Part shown: positions 38,659 to 48,459 of the stretch, piece by piece
Position numbering within the stretch: the first letter of the stretch is position 1
How the letters are laid out: the number at the start of each line of letters is the position of its first letter
Source: an uncultured Candidatus Bathyarchaeia archaeon
GTDB lineage: Archaea; Thermoproteota; Bathyarchaeia; 40CM-2-53-6
Assembly: GCA_964649235.1 (NCBI GenBank)
Contig: CAZYOZ010000003.1
Coordinates: 3,670 to 60,788, forward strand
Direction of reading: 5' to 3'
Length of the DNA: 57,119 nucleotides
The notes under the pieces: generated by a model
Told to the model about the DNA's origin: nothing
What the model saw: only the letters and a program-made list of their open reading frames with translations
Database searches by the model: none
Program-made: the position numbers and the translations under genes

Positions 38659-39072
38659 TTATTTCTTTTTGATTACTTCCCCAAGGAAATCTGCGTACGC
38701 CTTTGCATCCATCAGTGTTTTCAAGTCATCCTGCAAACGGGAAGGCTTAACTACCACAATCCAGCCAGCGCCGTATGGATCCTGATTCACAAGCTCCGGT
38801 GAATCAACCAATTTCTCATTGCGTTCCGTGATCTCACCTGAAACAGGGGAGTAGAGCTCTGAGACAGCTTTGACAGATTCGACCGTCCCGAAGCTCACAT
38901 TTTGAGTTACGGTGTTGCCCACGTTGGGTAAATCCACGTAGACAATTTCATGAAGCGACTTCTGCGCGTAATCTGTTATTCCCGCTCGGCAGCTACCGCT
39001 CTCAACCTTGACCCATTCATGCTCTTTCGTGTAGTAAAGTCCCTCAGGGACCTCGTTCTCATCGACCTTCAT
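38659..39072 (-). CDS. gcvH: Glycine cleavage system H protein
   Basis: YYTKEHEW, GITDYAQ, VESVKAVSELYSP lipoyl-Lys motif, NQDPYGAGW. Confidence 0.97.
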   Translation of the reverse strand: MKVDENEVPEGLYYTKEHEWVKVESGSCRAGITDYAQKSLHEIVYVDLPNVGNTVTQNVSFGTVESVKAVSELYSPVSGEITERNEKLVDSPELVNQDPYGAGWIVVVKPSRLQDDLKTLMDAKAYADFLGEVIKKK

Positions 39073-39160
39073 TACATAGCACCCGGTCCTCGATGGATTG
39101 AAAGGACACTGTATTTAGCAATATTCACCGAATTCCAGCACGGTATGTCCGGTTCAGATC

Positions 39161-40258
39161 TTGGAGGCGAAGAGAATGCGGTACATGCTCAGCAGGAGTC
39201 GTACGCTCTTGCTTCAGGGGCCAGCGTCGTTCAGAGTTCTCAACGGAAACGCAGTCGTACTTGGAGGGCCAGTTGGAAGAGACAGAAAGCTAATCGTGAG
39301 ACAGGACAAACAGCTTCCGATCGAGGCCAAGTCACAAGTTGACATGGAAATCCAGATGGGCGAAGCGGGAAGTCTTTTCGAAGTCGACGGAAGCACGATT
39401 CCTCGCTCATGGGAAGCCGCCGCGGGCGTTCTTGAGGAAATGTCTGAGGGCAAGGTCATCGTAATTGGAGCCACGGACGTCGGTAAGAGTACCCTATGTG
39501 CTTTCCTCACAAATGAGATGACAGCCAGACAGCTGGAAATATTGGTCGTCGACGCAGATATTGGCCAAGCAGACATCGGGCCTCCCACAACCATGGCTAA
39601 AGCGACTCCGAGCGGCTTTCTCACATCACTTGTTGACCTCGACCCAAGGAAGATGATATTTGTAGGGCACACGAGTCCGGGCAGGGTTGAATCCAAGTTA
39701 ATTGATGGCCTCAAAAGGCTGGTTGTCGGTCACAATCACGGAATTGTACTCATTAACACTGATGGGTGGGTGGCGGACAACGCGGCCATCCTATACAAGC
39801 TTAGCCTCATAGACGCTGTCAAACCTGACCTAGTAATTGGAATATCGAGTGATGGTGAACTCCATCCAGTTTTGTCAGCGTCTAGAACAAAATCGTTGAA
39901 CATCGAAGCTTCACAAATAGCGTTGACGCGCTCAAGAACGGAGCGTCGCGGACTCCGAAATGCTTCATACAGAAGGTTTCTTGATGGTGGCTCGATACGG
40001 TCTCTCTACTCAGGAACAGTCAGGATATCGGCACCCAAGGGACTGCCGCCGCATCTTTTGCATACCAAGCAGGTTCAGAATCTCATTGTTGGACTACTTG
40101 ACGAAGAAAAGTACCTTCTTCAGATCGGAGTGCTCTTGGGCTCCGAGAAAGGGGTACTGAGGGTATACTCAAGAGAAGCGGAAGGGGCTAGAGAGTTAGA
40201 GTTGGGTTACGTAAGACTCCTCCCCGATGGTACAGAACTAGGCTATCTAGAGCTTTAG
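39161..40258 (+). CDS. Clp1/Grc3/Nol9-family polynucleotide 5'-kinase
   Basis: G.TDVGKST, DADIGQADIGPPT, INTDGW, RS..ERR..R. Confidence 0.9.
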   Translation: MEAKRMRYMLSRSRTLLLQGPASFRVLNGNAVVLGGPVGRDRKLIVRQDKQLPIEAKSQVDMEIQMGEAGSLFEVDGSTIPRSWEAAAGVLEEMSEGKVIVIGATDVGKSTLCAFLTNEMTARQLEILVVDADIGQADIGPPTTMAKATPSGFLTSLVDLDPRKMIFVGHTSPGRVESKLIDGLKRLVVGHNHGIVLINTDGWVADNAAILYKLSLIDAVKPDLVIGISSDGELHPVLSASRTKSLNIEASQIALTRSRTERRGLRNASYRRFLDGGSIRSLYSGTVRISAPKGLPPHLLHTKQVQNLIVGLLDEEKYLLQIGVLLGSEKGVLRVYSREAEGARELELGYVRLLPDGTELGYLEL

Positions 40259-40304
40259 AGAAGCCTACTCGGCAATTTCTCACAAGAGATTACACTTTAA
40301 ATGA

Positions 40305-41753
40305 ATGATGTACCAGTCTCAGGCAACTTCTGCTCAAAGGCGCTCTCTCTTGAGTTCACTCGAAGAGTATCGGACGCGGATTCATGGAATTGACAAGCAG
40401 CTGCTGGCTCTAATTCAGCAACGACTCGCGCTAGGCAACAAGCTGGCAGAGATCAAGCAATCCCACAGCCTCCCGACCATAGACGCGAACGCTGAAAGCA
40501 TCACAATGGATAATCTCACCAAGACCGCAAAGAGTCTGGGCTTGGAGGTTCCCTTTGCTCGACGATTAGGGGAGCTTTTGATCGAAGAATCTGTAAGAAT
40601 ACAGCAAGATGCTAGGCACGAACAGTCGAAGGACCAGCTCCTGAAAGAGACCTTCGAACTCACGCAACGACTAACCTCAGAAGGCAATAAGGTAACTCGA
40701 TTTGAGATTGGGGAACCGAACTTCCCGGCACCAAAGCAAGTCATCCAGGGCCTTTCTGGCACTTTTCGAAAAAAGAGGATCGTTGGGTACGGGCAGGCGG
40801 CAGGCCTCCCGGCTTTGAGGAAGACTTTGGCTGAGGAGCTGAGTGGCCGGCATGGCACCGAGATCAGTCCGGACCAGATATTGATCACACCCGGTGGCAG
40901 GTTCGCGATCTTCGCAACCGTAACATCCTTTGTTTCGCAACTCGAACGGGTTGTTATTCCTCAGCCAGCCTGGCCGGCCTATGAGGAATGCGTGAATTTT
41001 GCGAAGGGCCGGACAATTCCGATCAACAGCTCATTAGAGGATGCCTGGGAGATTGACTTAGGGAAGCTGGAATCTGAGCTAAGAAAAGGGGCAAGAATGC
41101 TTGTCCTGAACAGCCCAAATAATCCTACCGGCAAAGCCTTCGGACATAAGAAATACGAGGAGATGGTCGACCTCGCAACAAAATATGGTGCTCTTGTCCT
41201 TTCAGACGAAGTGTATGACAGGTACACCAGGACTAAGCCGCCGAGCATACTTGAATGTGAGCACGAGAATTTCGTGTATGTCAACAGTTTCTCGAAGCAG
41301 TTCAGTCTGACAGGGTGGAGGGTAGGCTACTTGGTCACGACAAAGGAAAAGGCGATTCGTATCAGGCGTATTTTACAGACTGCAATTACATGCGTTCCTG
41401 AGTTCATTCAGAACGCGGCTCTCATTGCCATCAAAAAGGCTCGTCGCGATGCACAACGGAATGTGAACACGATTCTCAAGAAAGTTGACCTAACTTGTCG
41501 AGAACTTAGCAAAATTGATGTATCCTTCTACAAGCCCGACGGCACATTCTACGTGTTCCCCAGGGCCAACAAACCCAACTTCGACTCAGTGAAGTTCGCT
41601 AAGCAACTCCTGGATAAGCGGCATGTGAGCATCAGTCCCGGCCAGTCGTTCGGGGATTATCCCGCATTCTTCAGGTTGGCTGTTTCACTGCCGCAGGAAC
41701 AGATTCCGGGCGCCATCAAAGCAATTGGAAGGGCGATAGATTCGTGGCAGTAG
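40305..41753 (+). CDS. Chorismate mutase (AroQ) fused to class I/II PLP aminotransferase
   Basis: LEEYR..I..ID..LL.LI..R...K..D..E..EESVRIQ; GEPNF, NSPNNPTG, SDEVY, NSFSKQFSLTGWRVG; start may be TTG 40350. Confidence 0.9.
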   Translation: MMYQSQATSAQRRSLLSSLEEYRTRIHGIDKQLLALIQQRLALGNKLAEIKQSHSLPTIDANAESITMDNLTKTAKSLGLEVPFARRLGELLIEESVRIQQDARHEQSKDQLLKETFELTQRLTSEGNKVTRFEIGEPNFPAPKQVIQGLSGTFRKKRIVGYGQAAGLPALRKTLAEELSGRHGTEISPDQILITPGGRFAIFATVTSFVSQLERVVIPQPAWPAYEECVNFAKGRTIPINSSLEDAWEIDLGKLESELRKGARMLVLNSPNNPTGKAFGHKKYEEMVDLATKYGALVLSDEVYDRYTRTKPPSILECEHENFVYVNSFSKQFSLTGWRVGYLVTTKEKAIRIRRILQTAITCVPEFIQNAALIAIKKARRDAQRNVNTILKKVDLTCRELSKIDVSFYKPDGTFYVFPRANKPNFDSVKFAKQLLDKRHVSISPGQSFGDYPAFFRLAVSLPQEQIPGAIKAIGRAIDSWQ

Positions 41754-42628
41754 CTTGCGTCATCGGCGGAGCAGGCCGGATGGGAGTATGGTTCGCCAAC
41801 TTCCTAAAACGCAACAGATACAAAGTCATCATTTTTGACAAGAACAATGCTGCAGCTCGGAGAGCAGCCAAAAAGCACGGCTTGAGAATGGCCGCCAATC
41901 GAGCTCAAGCCGTGGAATCTTCCCAACTCGTCCTTCTGGCAACACCGACAAAGGTTACGAGTGAAATACTGCGACAAATTGGGCCACTGATCTCACCTGA
42001 TAAACTGGTCGTCGAAATCTCTTCAGTTAAACAGACTGTCAAAGCAAGAGTCTGCTACATGCTGAGGAAAGGTTTTGCGGTGCTCAGCATCCATCCGATG
42101 TTCGGCCCCGGCGCGAGCCGGCTCACTGGAAAGACCGTTCTAACCATGTCCGAAACCCAGAGAAGCCCACAGGCCAGACGATTCATATCACTGCTCAAAG
42201 AAGCTGGAGCGACAGTGATCAGCTGCCACTTCAATGAACATGATAAACTGGCGTCGTGGCTCTTGACCTTGCCACATTTCATCAGCATAGCATTTGTCAA
42301 CGCACTTAGGTCAACTGGGGCAGAACCGAATGCATTGCATGAAGCAGCAGGCACAACTTTTAGGCTTCAATTTCTCACAGCTGAAGCCGTATGCCAAGAG
42401 GACCTTGGGAATGAGCTATCACTGCTCGCAGACAATGAACGCGCCCTGGAGATCCTAGGACATTTTGAACAGCACGCCAGAGCAATAATGAAGACCATCA
42501 GAAACGGGAGACGCGAGGCACTAATTCGCACGCTACACAACGCACGCAGATATGTTCAGAGAGATAGACTCTTCGCAAGCTCATACGGCCGGTTCAATGC
42601 GGCTGCCGAAGCTTCGAGTCGTGTTTAG
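41744..42628 (+). CDS. tyrA: Prephenate/arogenate dehydrogenase
   Basis: IGGAGRMG.W, EISSVK, SIHPMFGP, EHDK...LTLPH. Confidence 0.9.
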   Translation: MAVACVIGGAGRMGVWFANFLKRNRYKVIIFDKNNAAARRAAKKHGLRMAANRAQAVESSQLVLLATPTKVTSEILRQIGPLISPDKLVVEISSVKQTVKARVCYMLRKGFAVLSIHPMFGPGASRLTGKTVLTMSETQRSPQARRFISLLKEAGATVISCHFNEHDKLASWLLTLPHFISIAFVNALRSTGAEPNALHEAAGTTFRLQFLTAEAVCQEDLGNELSLLADNERALEILGHFEQHARAIMKTIRNGRREALIRTLHNARRYVQRDRLFASSYGRFNAAAEASSRV

Positions 42629-43740
42629 TTCCCGAGGCTTTTCTCACCCAGCACGCGATGAATGAAACCAGCCCTCAGGCAGTGGTCGGCTAAGACAATG
42701 GCGACAGTGGACTCGACTACGGGCACTGCCTTCGGGACTATACATGGGTCATGGCGCCCTGTAGCTTGTACTGAAGTCTCTTCCATCTCCCGCAGGTTCA
42801 CTGTCCGCTGCTCCTTCGGAATCGACGAAGGCGGCTTGAATCCGACATGAACAATAATCGGCATGCCGGTCGACAGCCCGCCTAGAATTCCGCCTGCATT
42901 ATTGGTCAGAGTCACGATCCTGCTTTCGCGCACGGTGAAGGGATCATTGTTCTCTGAGCCTCTCACAGCACTTGCTCCGAATCCTAACCCGACCTCGAAG
43001 CCTTTGACTGCGGGAATGCTGAAAGCTATCTTGGCCAAATCCGCGTCCAAGCTGTCAAAGAACGGGTCGCCTATGCCTGGTGGGATGCCCTCAGCGATGC
43101 ACTCTACGATTCCACCCACACTGTCGCCCTCACTTCGCGCTTTGAGTATTGCCTCACGCATTTTCTCCGCCGTCTTGGGATCCGCGCAACGAACCGAATT
43201 TGTGTAAGCGTTGTTCTTTATGACATCGTGCGCTAGTTGCAGGTCCAGCTTGACGGTGTGAATTTGGATCGTATGCGCGAAGATTTCGATTCCGAATCGC
43301 CGCAGTAGCTTCTTGGCAACGGCACCTGCCATGATGAGCGGGACTGTCATTCTCCCGCTGGACCTTCCTCCGCCCCTGAAATCGTTGAAATTGCCATATT
43401 TCACACGTGTCGGAAAATCTGCATGCCCCGGCCTGGCCACAAATTTGAATTTCTCATAGTCCTGCGACCGAACATCTTTGTTCCATGTGACCATGGCGAT
43501 GGGCGCGCCCGTCGTGTAGCCCTCGAAGACTCCTGAGAGAATCTGAACTTCGTCCTTCTCTCTGCGCGTCGACGTCATGGTCGGGTCTGGTGGCATTCTG
43601 CGTTCCAGTTCTGCCTGAATGTCTCCGGTGCCCAGTTGCAAGCCAGCGGGGCATCCGTCGACGACCGCCGCGACCGTTGGACCGTGGCTCTCGCCGAAAA
43701 CGTTCACGCAGAATTCTTTCCCGAAAGAACTATCACCCAA
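42625..43740 (-). CDS. aroC: Chorismate synthase
   Basis: FGESHG, RPGHAD, RGGGRSSGR, NNAGGILGG, GRHDPC. Confidence 0.97.
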   Translation of the reverse strand: MGDSSFGKEFCVNVFGESHGPTVAAVVDGCPAGLQLGTGDIQAELERRMPPDPTMTSTRREKDEVQILSGVFEGYTTGAPIAMVTWNKDVRSQDYEKFKFVARPGHADFPTRVKYGNFNDFRGGGRSSGRMTVPLIMAGAVAKKLLRRFGIEIFAHTIQIHTVKLDLQLAHDVIKNNAYTNSVRCADPKTAEKMREAILKARSEGDSVGGIVECIAEGIPPGIGDPFFDSLDADLAKIAFSIPAVKGFEVGLGFGASAVRGSENNDPFTVRESRIVTLTNNAGGILGGLSTGMPIIVHVGFKPPSSIPKEQRTVNLREMEETSVQATGRHDPCIVPKAVPVVESTVAIVLADHCLRAGFIHRVLGEKSLGN

Positions 43741-45001
43741 TTACCTCGACTCCAAGTGACCTTAGGTCGTCAAAAAAGTTCGGGTAGGATTTGCTGACAC
43801 ATTCAGCACCTTCAATGGTGACCTTGTCTGAAGTTCCCAATGCGGCGATGCTGAGCGCCATAGCCACTCTGTGATCGCCATGGGCACGAACAACTCCTCC
43901 ACTCAAGAAAGAAGGACCACGCGTTACAAACCCATCATCAGTCTCTTTAACGTCCGCACCGAGTCCCTTCAGTTCAGATGTAACCGTCGCGAGCCGATCG
44001 GATTCCTTGTACCTCAGCCTCAAAGCCCCAGTGACTCTGCTTTCGCCCTCCGCGCAGCAACCCAACACTGCAAGCACGGGCCCCAGATCCGGGCTGTCGC
44101 GTATGTCCACTACAGTGCTTTTCAGCTTGCCACCTTCTATGAGAAGACCATCGTCTTCGACTGTGATGTGCGCCCCCATCTGGCGCAGGATTCCAATTAC
44201 TGCCGAATCAGGCTCGGGGCTGTTTGGAGAAAGGCCATGCACAATGACCTTTGAGCTTGTGATTGCTGCTGCTGCGAGTAGGAAAGCAGCTGACGAGAAG
44301 TCTCCACCAATCCTATGACTGGACGTGCTGTACCTTTGCCCCTTTTTGATCTCGAACTCTGTCATGCTGCGATTTGCTCGAACAGTAGTTCCATGTTTTC
44401 GCATGGTCTCAATTGTCAGCGAGGCGTAGCTTCTGGATTCCAAGGGCGAAGTACTCTCAAGCCGTAGTCCATTCTCCATCAGAGGACCCGCAAAGAGGAG
44501 ACCCGATATGAACTGCGAACTCACATCTCCACGAATGCGAACAACGCCGCCTCTCGGCGCTCCTCCTTCGATTCTAACGGTCTCCTGATCTGCGGCGACA
44601 TTGACATCGAGCTGTTTCATGGCATCGGCCAGGGGCTCAAGCGGTCTTCGCGCCAAACCTGCACTAACCCTAAAGGTGGTTTTCGAGCCGGTTAGCGAAG
44701 CTATTGGAATCATGAATCGCAACGTGACCCCGGATTCCCGGCAGTTGATTTCGCCATCTGCGGGTTGCGGCCGACCTCTGCCGTCTACTGTCCATGCAGT
44801 TCTGTTCTTAGTTAGTTTCCCTCCGAGCGCGGACACGGCCGAAGCTGTGGCCTCCGTATCATCGCATGAGAGAGGGTTGATGATGATGGTCGTGCCCTCC
44901 GAAAGAAGGCCCGCGACGAGTGCGCGATGAGTCTGGGCTTTGGAAGACGGGGCAGTAATTTCGCCAGTCAATGAGCGGGTCGGTGTTATGGTCACTTTCA
45001 A
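43733..45001 (-). CDS. aroA: EPSP synthase
   Basis: PSSKAQTHR, ESGVTLRF, SSQFISGLL, DFSSA, LRYKESDR, DHRVAM, KSYPNF; TTG start overlaps aroK stop. Confidence 0.96.
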   Translation of the reverse strand: MKVTITPTRSLTGEITAPSSKAQTHRALVAGLLSEGTTIIINPLSCDDTEATASAVSALGGKLTKNRTAWTVDGRGRPQPADGEINCRESGVTLRFMIPIASLTGSKTTFRVSAGLARRPLEPLADAMKQLDVNVAADQETVRIEGGAPRGGVVRIRGDVSSQFISGLLFAGPLMENGLRLESTSPLESRSYASLTIETMRKHGTTVRANRSMTEFEIKKGQRYSTSSHRIGGDFSSAAFLLAAAAITSSKVIVHGLSPNSPEPDSAVIGILRQMGAHITVEDDGLLIEGGKLKSTVVDIRDSPDLGPVLAVLGCCAEGESRVTGALRLRYKESDRLATVTSELKGLGADVKETDDGFVTRGPSFLSGGVVRAHGDHRVAMALSIAALGTSDKVTIEGAECVSKSYPNFFDDLRSLGVEVIG

Positions 45002-45879
45002 CTTGCTAAGACCAGTCCTGCGTGTGCTTTCCTGTGGTTGACTGAGGTTTCGATGACTCTTCCGGAAAGCCTTCTCCACACGGAGGTGATGTCACGCACC
45101 TTTGGGTGTGGCACGATGGCAGCCGTAGAGGGACCTTTGCCTGAAATCCCGGCAGCAACTGCCCCGGCCTCGATGGCCTGAGTTGCTGGAGAAATGTCGT
45201 AACCTAGAGCCAGCGAGTAGAAAAGACCGTTGAGTGTGAGCGAATACCAGTAGTTACCCCTTAACGCTTCTCGGTGTGCAATTGCCACTACCGGCCTGAT
45301 GCCGCTGAGCTGGTCGGGATCGACATCCTTTGTGTATTTCTTCTGCTTGGGCACGTGAATGAGTACGCGGAGCGAACCTTTCGGACTGAACCTTCCGAGG
45401 ACCCGCCGGTTCCTGTTGTCGGTCACTACGAGGCCTCCGAAGTAACACGCGTATGCATCATCGAAAGCACCTGTCAGTGTGACACCCGCTTCCAGGCTGG
45501 CGTCAACTCCTAATCTCACGGCTTCAAGGTCGCTTACTTTCTTTCCCAATGCTCTCAAGGTGGCTAGGATGATCGCGTTGCTGGCCGAACTGCTGCTCTT
45601 GAGCCCTGCTGCGACTGGAATGTTCGAACTAGTTTCTACGTGAGCCCCAAGCCGGTGGACATTGAATCTCCGAAATACTCGACGAACGCTAGCTTCTATG
45701 AGTTCGTTTCCCCCTCTAGGTTCGGTCAGGTTTTGCCCGCTGATTCTTCCAGCTTGCTCCGTGATGGTTACCCGCGCTTTTGTGCAGAGGCCAACGCCCA
45801 ATGCTGCCCCCATGCCTGTGGCCATAGCGTTCACCACAGTCACGGCCCCGTAGCTCACGGCCTCAGCTACTCTCTGCAT
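44998..45879 (-). CDS. aroK: Archaeal shikimate kinase (GHMP family)
   Basis: GAVTVVNAMATG.GAA, GLKSSSSASNA, TGAFDD, SGKGP. Confidence 0.95.
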   Translation of the reverse strand: MQRVAEAVSYGAVTVVNAMATGMGAALGVGLCTKARVTITEQAGRISGQNLTEPRGGNELIEASVRRVFRRFNVHRLGAHVETSSNIPVAAGLKSSSSASNAIILATLRALGKKVSDLEAVRLGVDASLEAGVTLTGAFDDAYACYFGGLVVTDNRNRRVLGRFSPKGSLRVLIHVPKQKKYTKDVDPDQLSGIRPVVAIAHREALRGNYWYSLTLNGLFYSLALGYDISPATQAIEAGAVAAGISGKGPSTAAIVPHPKVRDITSVWRRLSGRVIETSVNHRKAHAGLVLAS

Positions 45880-46750
45880 GAGCCATCAGCGGCAACTTCC
45901 GTGCAATTGCCCTCCGCATCTCATGCAACGGGGCCTGCCGCCCAAACCAGAGTTCGAAGGAGCAGGCAGCTTGATGCACCAGCTGGTCTAGGCCGTTGAC
46001 CGTTCTGGCGCCCGCGAGCTTGGCCTCTCTAAGCAGCCGCGTTTCTTGAGGCCTGTAGACTAGTTCAAACACGCATTGACTGGCCCGAAGAGATTTCTCA
46101 GTGATGGGTGGGTCGGCCTTTCCGTCCATTCCCATCGAAGACGCATTCACGATGACGTCGGCCTCTTCGATGTACCGACTGAGAGACTTACGCGAGAGTT
46201 GGGCACTCGCAATGTCCTTAGGAAATTTCGCGCGTAGGCGTCGTTCGAGCTGCTTTGCCCTAGAGAACGTTCGGTTGATGATCCGCATAGACTTCACTTG
46301 AGGCGCGAAAGCGTAGGCAAGCGCCCGCGCTGAGCCTCCGGCCCCCAGCAACAGGACAGTCTTTCCGTCGATCCCCACTCCAGCCTCACCTAGAGCTTTA
46401 AGCGCACCTAGGCCGTCAGTGCTGTATCCATACAGTATCCCATTTCTGTTGGCCACTGTGTTGACAGAGCCCATCTCTGACGCCTTGCGATCGAGTTCGT
46501 CAAGAAACCTCATAACAGGTATTTTGTGTGGTAAGGTGACGTTGAACCCCCTGACGCCCAAAGCGCGAAGACCCTGGATTGCTGATTTCAGAGTCCCCGG
46601 TTTCACATGGAAAGGCACGTAGACTGCGTCGAGACCCTGTGCCTGGAAAGCAGCGTTTTGGATAGCAGGGCTCAGTGAATGGTCTACTGGGTCTCCTATG
46701 ACCCCATAGAGTGCAGTCTTCCCAGAGATGCTGGCGCTATTGTATTCCAA
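45863..46750 (-). CDS. aroE: Shikimate dehydrogenase
   Basis: GDPVDHSLSP, NVTLPHK, SVNTV, TDG.G, GAGGSARA, GL..LV.QA. Confidence 0.95.
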   Translation of the reverse strand: MEYNSASISGKTALYGVIGDPVDHSLSPAIQNAAFQAQGLDAVYVPFHVKPGTLKSAIQGLRALGVRGFNVTLPHKIPVMRFLDELDRKASEMGSVNTVANRNGILYGYSTDGLGALKALGEAGVGIDGKTVLLLGAGGSARALAYAFAPQVKSMRIINRTFSRAKQLERRLRAKFPKDIASAQLSRKSLSRYIEEADVIVNASSMGMDGKADPPITEKSLRASQCVFELVYRPQETRLLREAKLAGARTVNGLDQLVHQAACSFELWFGRQAPLHEMRRAIARKLPLMAHAESS

Positions 46751-47399
46751 GTATACGCCACGCAGTCCTGAGGTCATCTATGGTGATCTGACCTAGCGCG
46801 GTTTCGGATTGATCATCCAAGGCCGCGTATGTGAATTGGGCGCCAAAGAGAGGTGATAGAATTCTGGAAGGGACACCGAGCGAACCCATCGCAAAAGAAA
46901 CGAGCCTCGTCTCCCTAGATCTCTCAGAGACGAAACGCAATATCGTCAGGTTGTCCTCTGGATGTTTGGCGGTTGTGACTATTTTGCAGACATCCCCGCC
47001 TACTTGTCTCTCAAAATCGAGGATTTTGCTCATTTCGAGAAGGGACGGCGTTCGGTTAGAATCGTGAAAGGAAACCACCGTCTGAGCTCCATTCGACTTC
47101 AGCTGCTCGATCAACGAAATTGCAACTTCATTAGCGCTGTTTACGTCGACGAATTCGAAATCGGACGTAGCTGCTGTCAAGAGTAGCTTCTTGATCACTG
47201 ACGCCTCTCGTTCTGCCTTGTCGGTGGCTATCGCTGGAAATCGTTTCTCGTGGCCTACCTTCTCGATAATGCTGAAATCCTGTACATTGTCAAACCTGAA
47301 CTCGACGAGGTCTGGCTGCTTCTTTGAGACCTGCTCGATGAGCTCCCCCACATCATCGTCATCCTTGATCATGACGGAAAGGCAGACTCTGACGTTCAG
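46737..47399 (-). CDS. aroD: Type I 3-dehydroquinate dehydratase
   Basis: VEFRFD, VVSFHD..RTP, KIVTTA, AMG..G..SRIL.P.FG..TYA, GQ; N-terminal VRVCLSV strand requires CTG start at 47399 overlapping the upstream TGA. Confidence 0.92.
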   Translation of the reverse strand: MNVRVCLSVMIKDDDDVGELIEQVSKKQPDLVEFRFDNVQDFSIIEKVGHEKRFPAIATDKAEREASVIKKLLLTAATSDFEFVDVNSANEVAISLIEQLKSNGAQTVVSFHDSNRTPSLLEMSKILDFERQVGGDVCKIVTTAKHPEDNLTILRFVSERSRETRLVSFAMGSLGVPSRILSPLFGAQFTYAALDDQSETALGQITIDDLRTAWRILGIQ

Positions 47400-48454
47400 C
47401 GTTCAATCACCATTTCATCTGCCACTAGCGTTCCGAAATGCCTGCCGCCTTCCTCGACCCTGACTAGGACTTGGTCACCTGGCTTCAGTTCTGAAACTGA
47501 CTTGGACCCGCTACCCGACAGAAGCCGGACAGTCTCGGCGTTCTGCACTATGATTGAGAATAACCGCCCGTCTGCTTCTGCTTCGATAAGCATCATAGGC
47601 CTGCGTTCGATTTTTACCCTCCCAACATGCCCTGACCTGGCTGCTCCAGAATGATTTACGATCAAGACTTCGTCGCCCGCCTTCAGTTCTGAAAGGTACC
47701 TTGTCTTGGTGCCCGGGGTCAGAACATAAGAGGAAACAGGCCCGGCGTTGACCCGGAACGGCCTAGGTTCCACGTGTGGGTTTCTGTGAACCTCCGCCTC
47801 GATTAGGAATAGGCCTGATGATTGCGAACCCACAAGCATACCTTCTCCAGGCTGCATCAGTTCGCATGTGTCAACGCAGACTCTTGCGCCTGTTCCAATC
47901 GGCTTTGCGACGACGACGTTTGCCTTCCCGAGGGGTATCTTCCCTTCAAACTGTTTGAGAAATTGGTCCACTTGTTCGATCTCGTTGGAGTTTTTGGGAG
48001 AAATTACGATGCCGTCAACTCCTAGCTCAAGTGTTTGCAGGGCAGTTCTTGCTTCGGTCAGGCCTGTGACCTCGGCCAGAAGTGTGGTCTTGTTTCTTGT
48101 CTGGGCAATGAGGTTCTCGAGGGGAATCACTTTCCAGTTTGGACATTGAACAATGATGTATCGGATGCCCGCCTCTGCGAGTTGTAGTGCTCTCTGTTCA
48201 TCGGAAGCGTCCTTCACGATTAATTCCGCAGCGGTTTCTCCGGAGAATTGGGTTTCACTTAGGTTTCTATTGGATACCACTCTAATTTCGGCACGCTCAT
48301 CGGAAGAAACCGTCTTCAACTTCAGACTGGACGCTAGCTTGATGTCGTCAGGCGCAAGCAGAACAGCTGAGCAGCGACCATCAGCCGCCTTAAGTAGTTC
48401 CACCTTGTGGTTTGCAGGCGCGGCAGAGTCCAGTCTAAGCCAGAGTTGTTTCAT
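47396..48454 (-). CDS. aroB': 3-dehydroquinate synthase II (archaeal AroB')
   Basis: WKVIPLENLIA, LELGVDG, RVCVDTC, RPFRVNAG, GRVKIERRP, QNAETVRL, GRHFG. Confidence 0.95.
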   Translation of the reverse strand: MKQLWLRLDSAAPANHKVELLKAADGRCSAVLLAPDDIKLASSLKLKTVSSDERAEIRVVSNRNLSETQFSGETAAELIVKDASDEQRALQLAEAGIRYIIVQCPNWKVIPLENLIAQTRNKTTLLAEVTGLTEARTALQTLELGVDGIVISPKNSNEIEQVDQFLKQFEGKIPLGKANVVVAKPIGTGARVCVDTCELMQPGEGMLVGSQSSGLFLIEAEVHRNPHVEPRPFRVNAGPVSSYVLTPGTKTRYLSELKAGDEVLIVNHSGAARSGHVGRVKIERRPMMLIEAEADGRLFSIIVQNAETVRLLSGSGSKSVSELKPGDQVLVRVEEGGRHFGTLVADEMVIER

Positions 48455-48459
48455 TTCAG

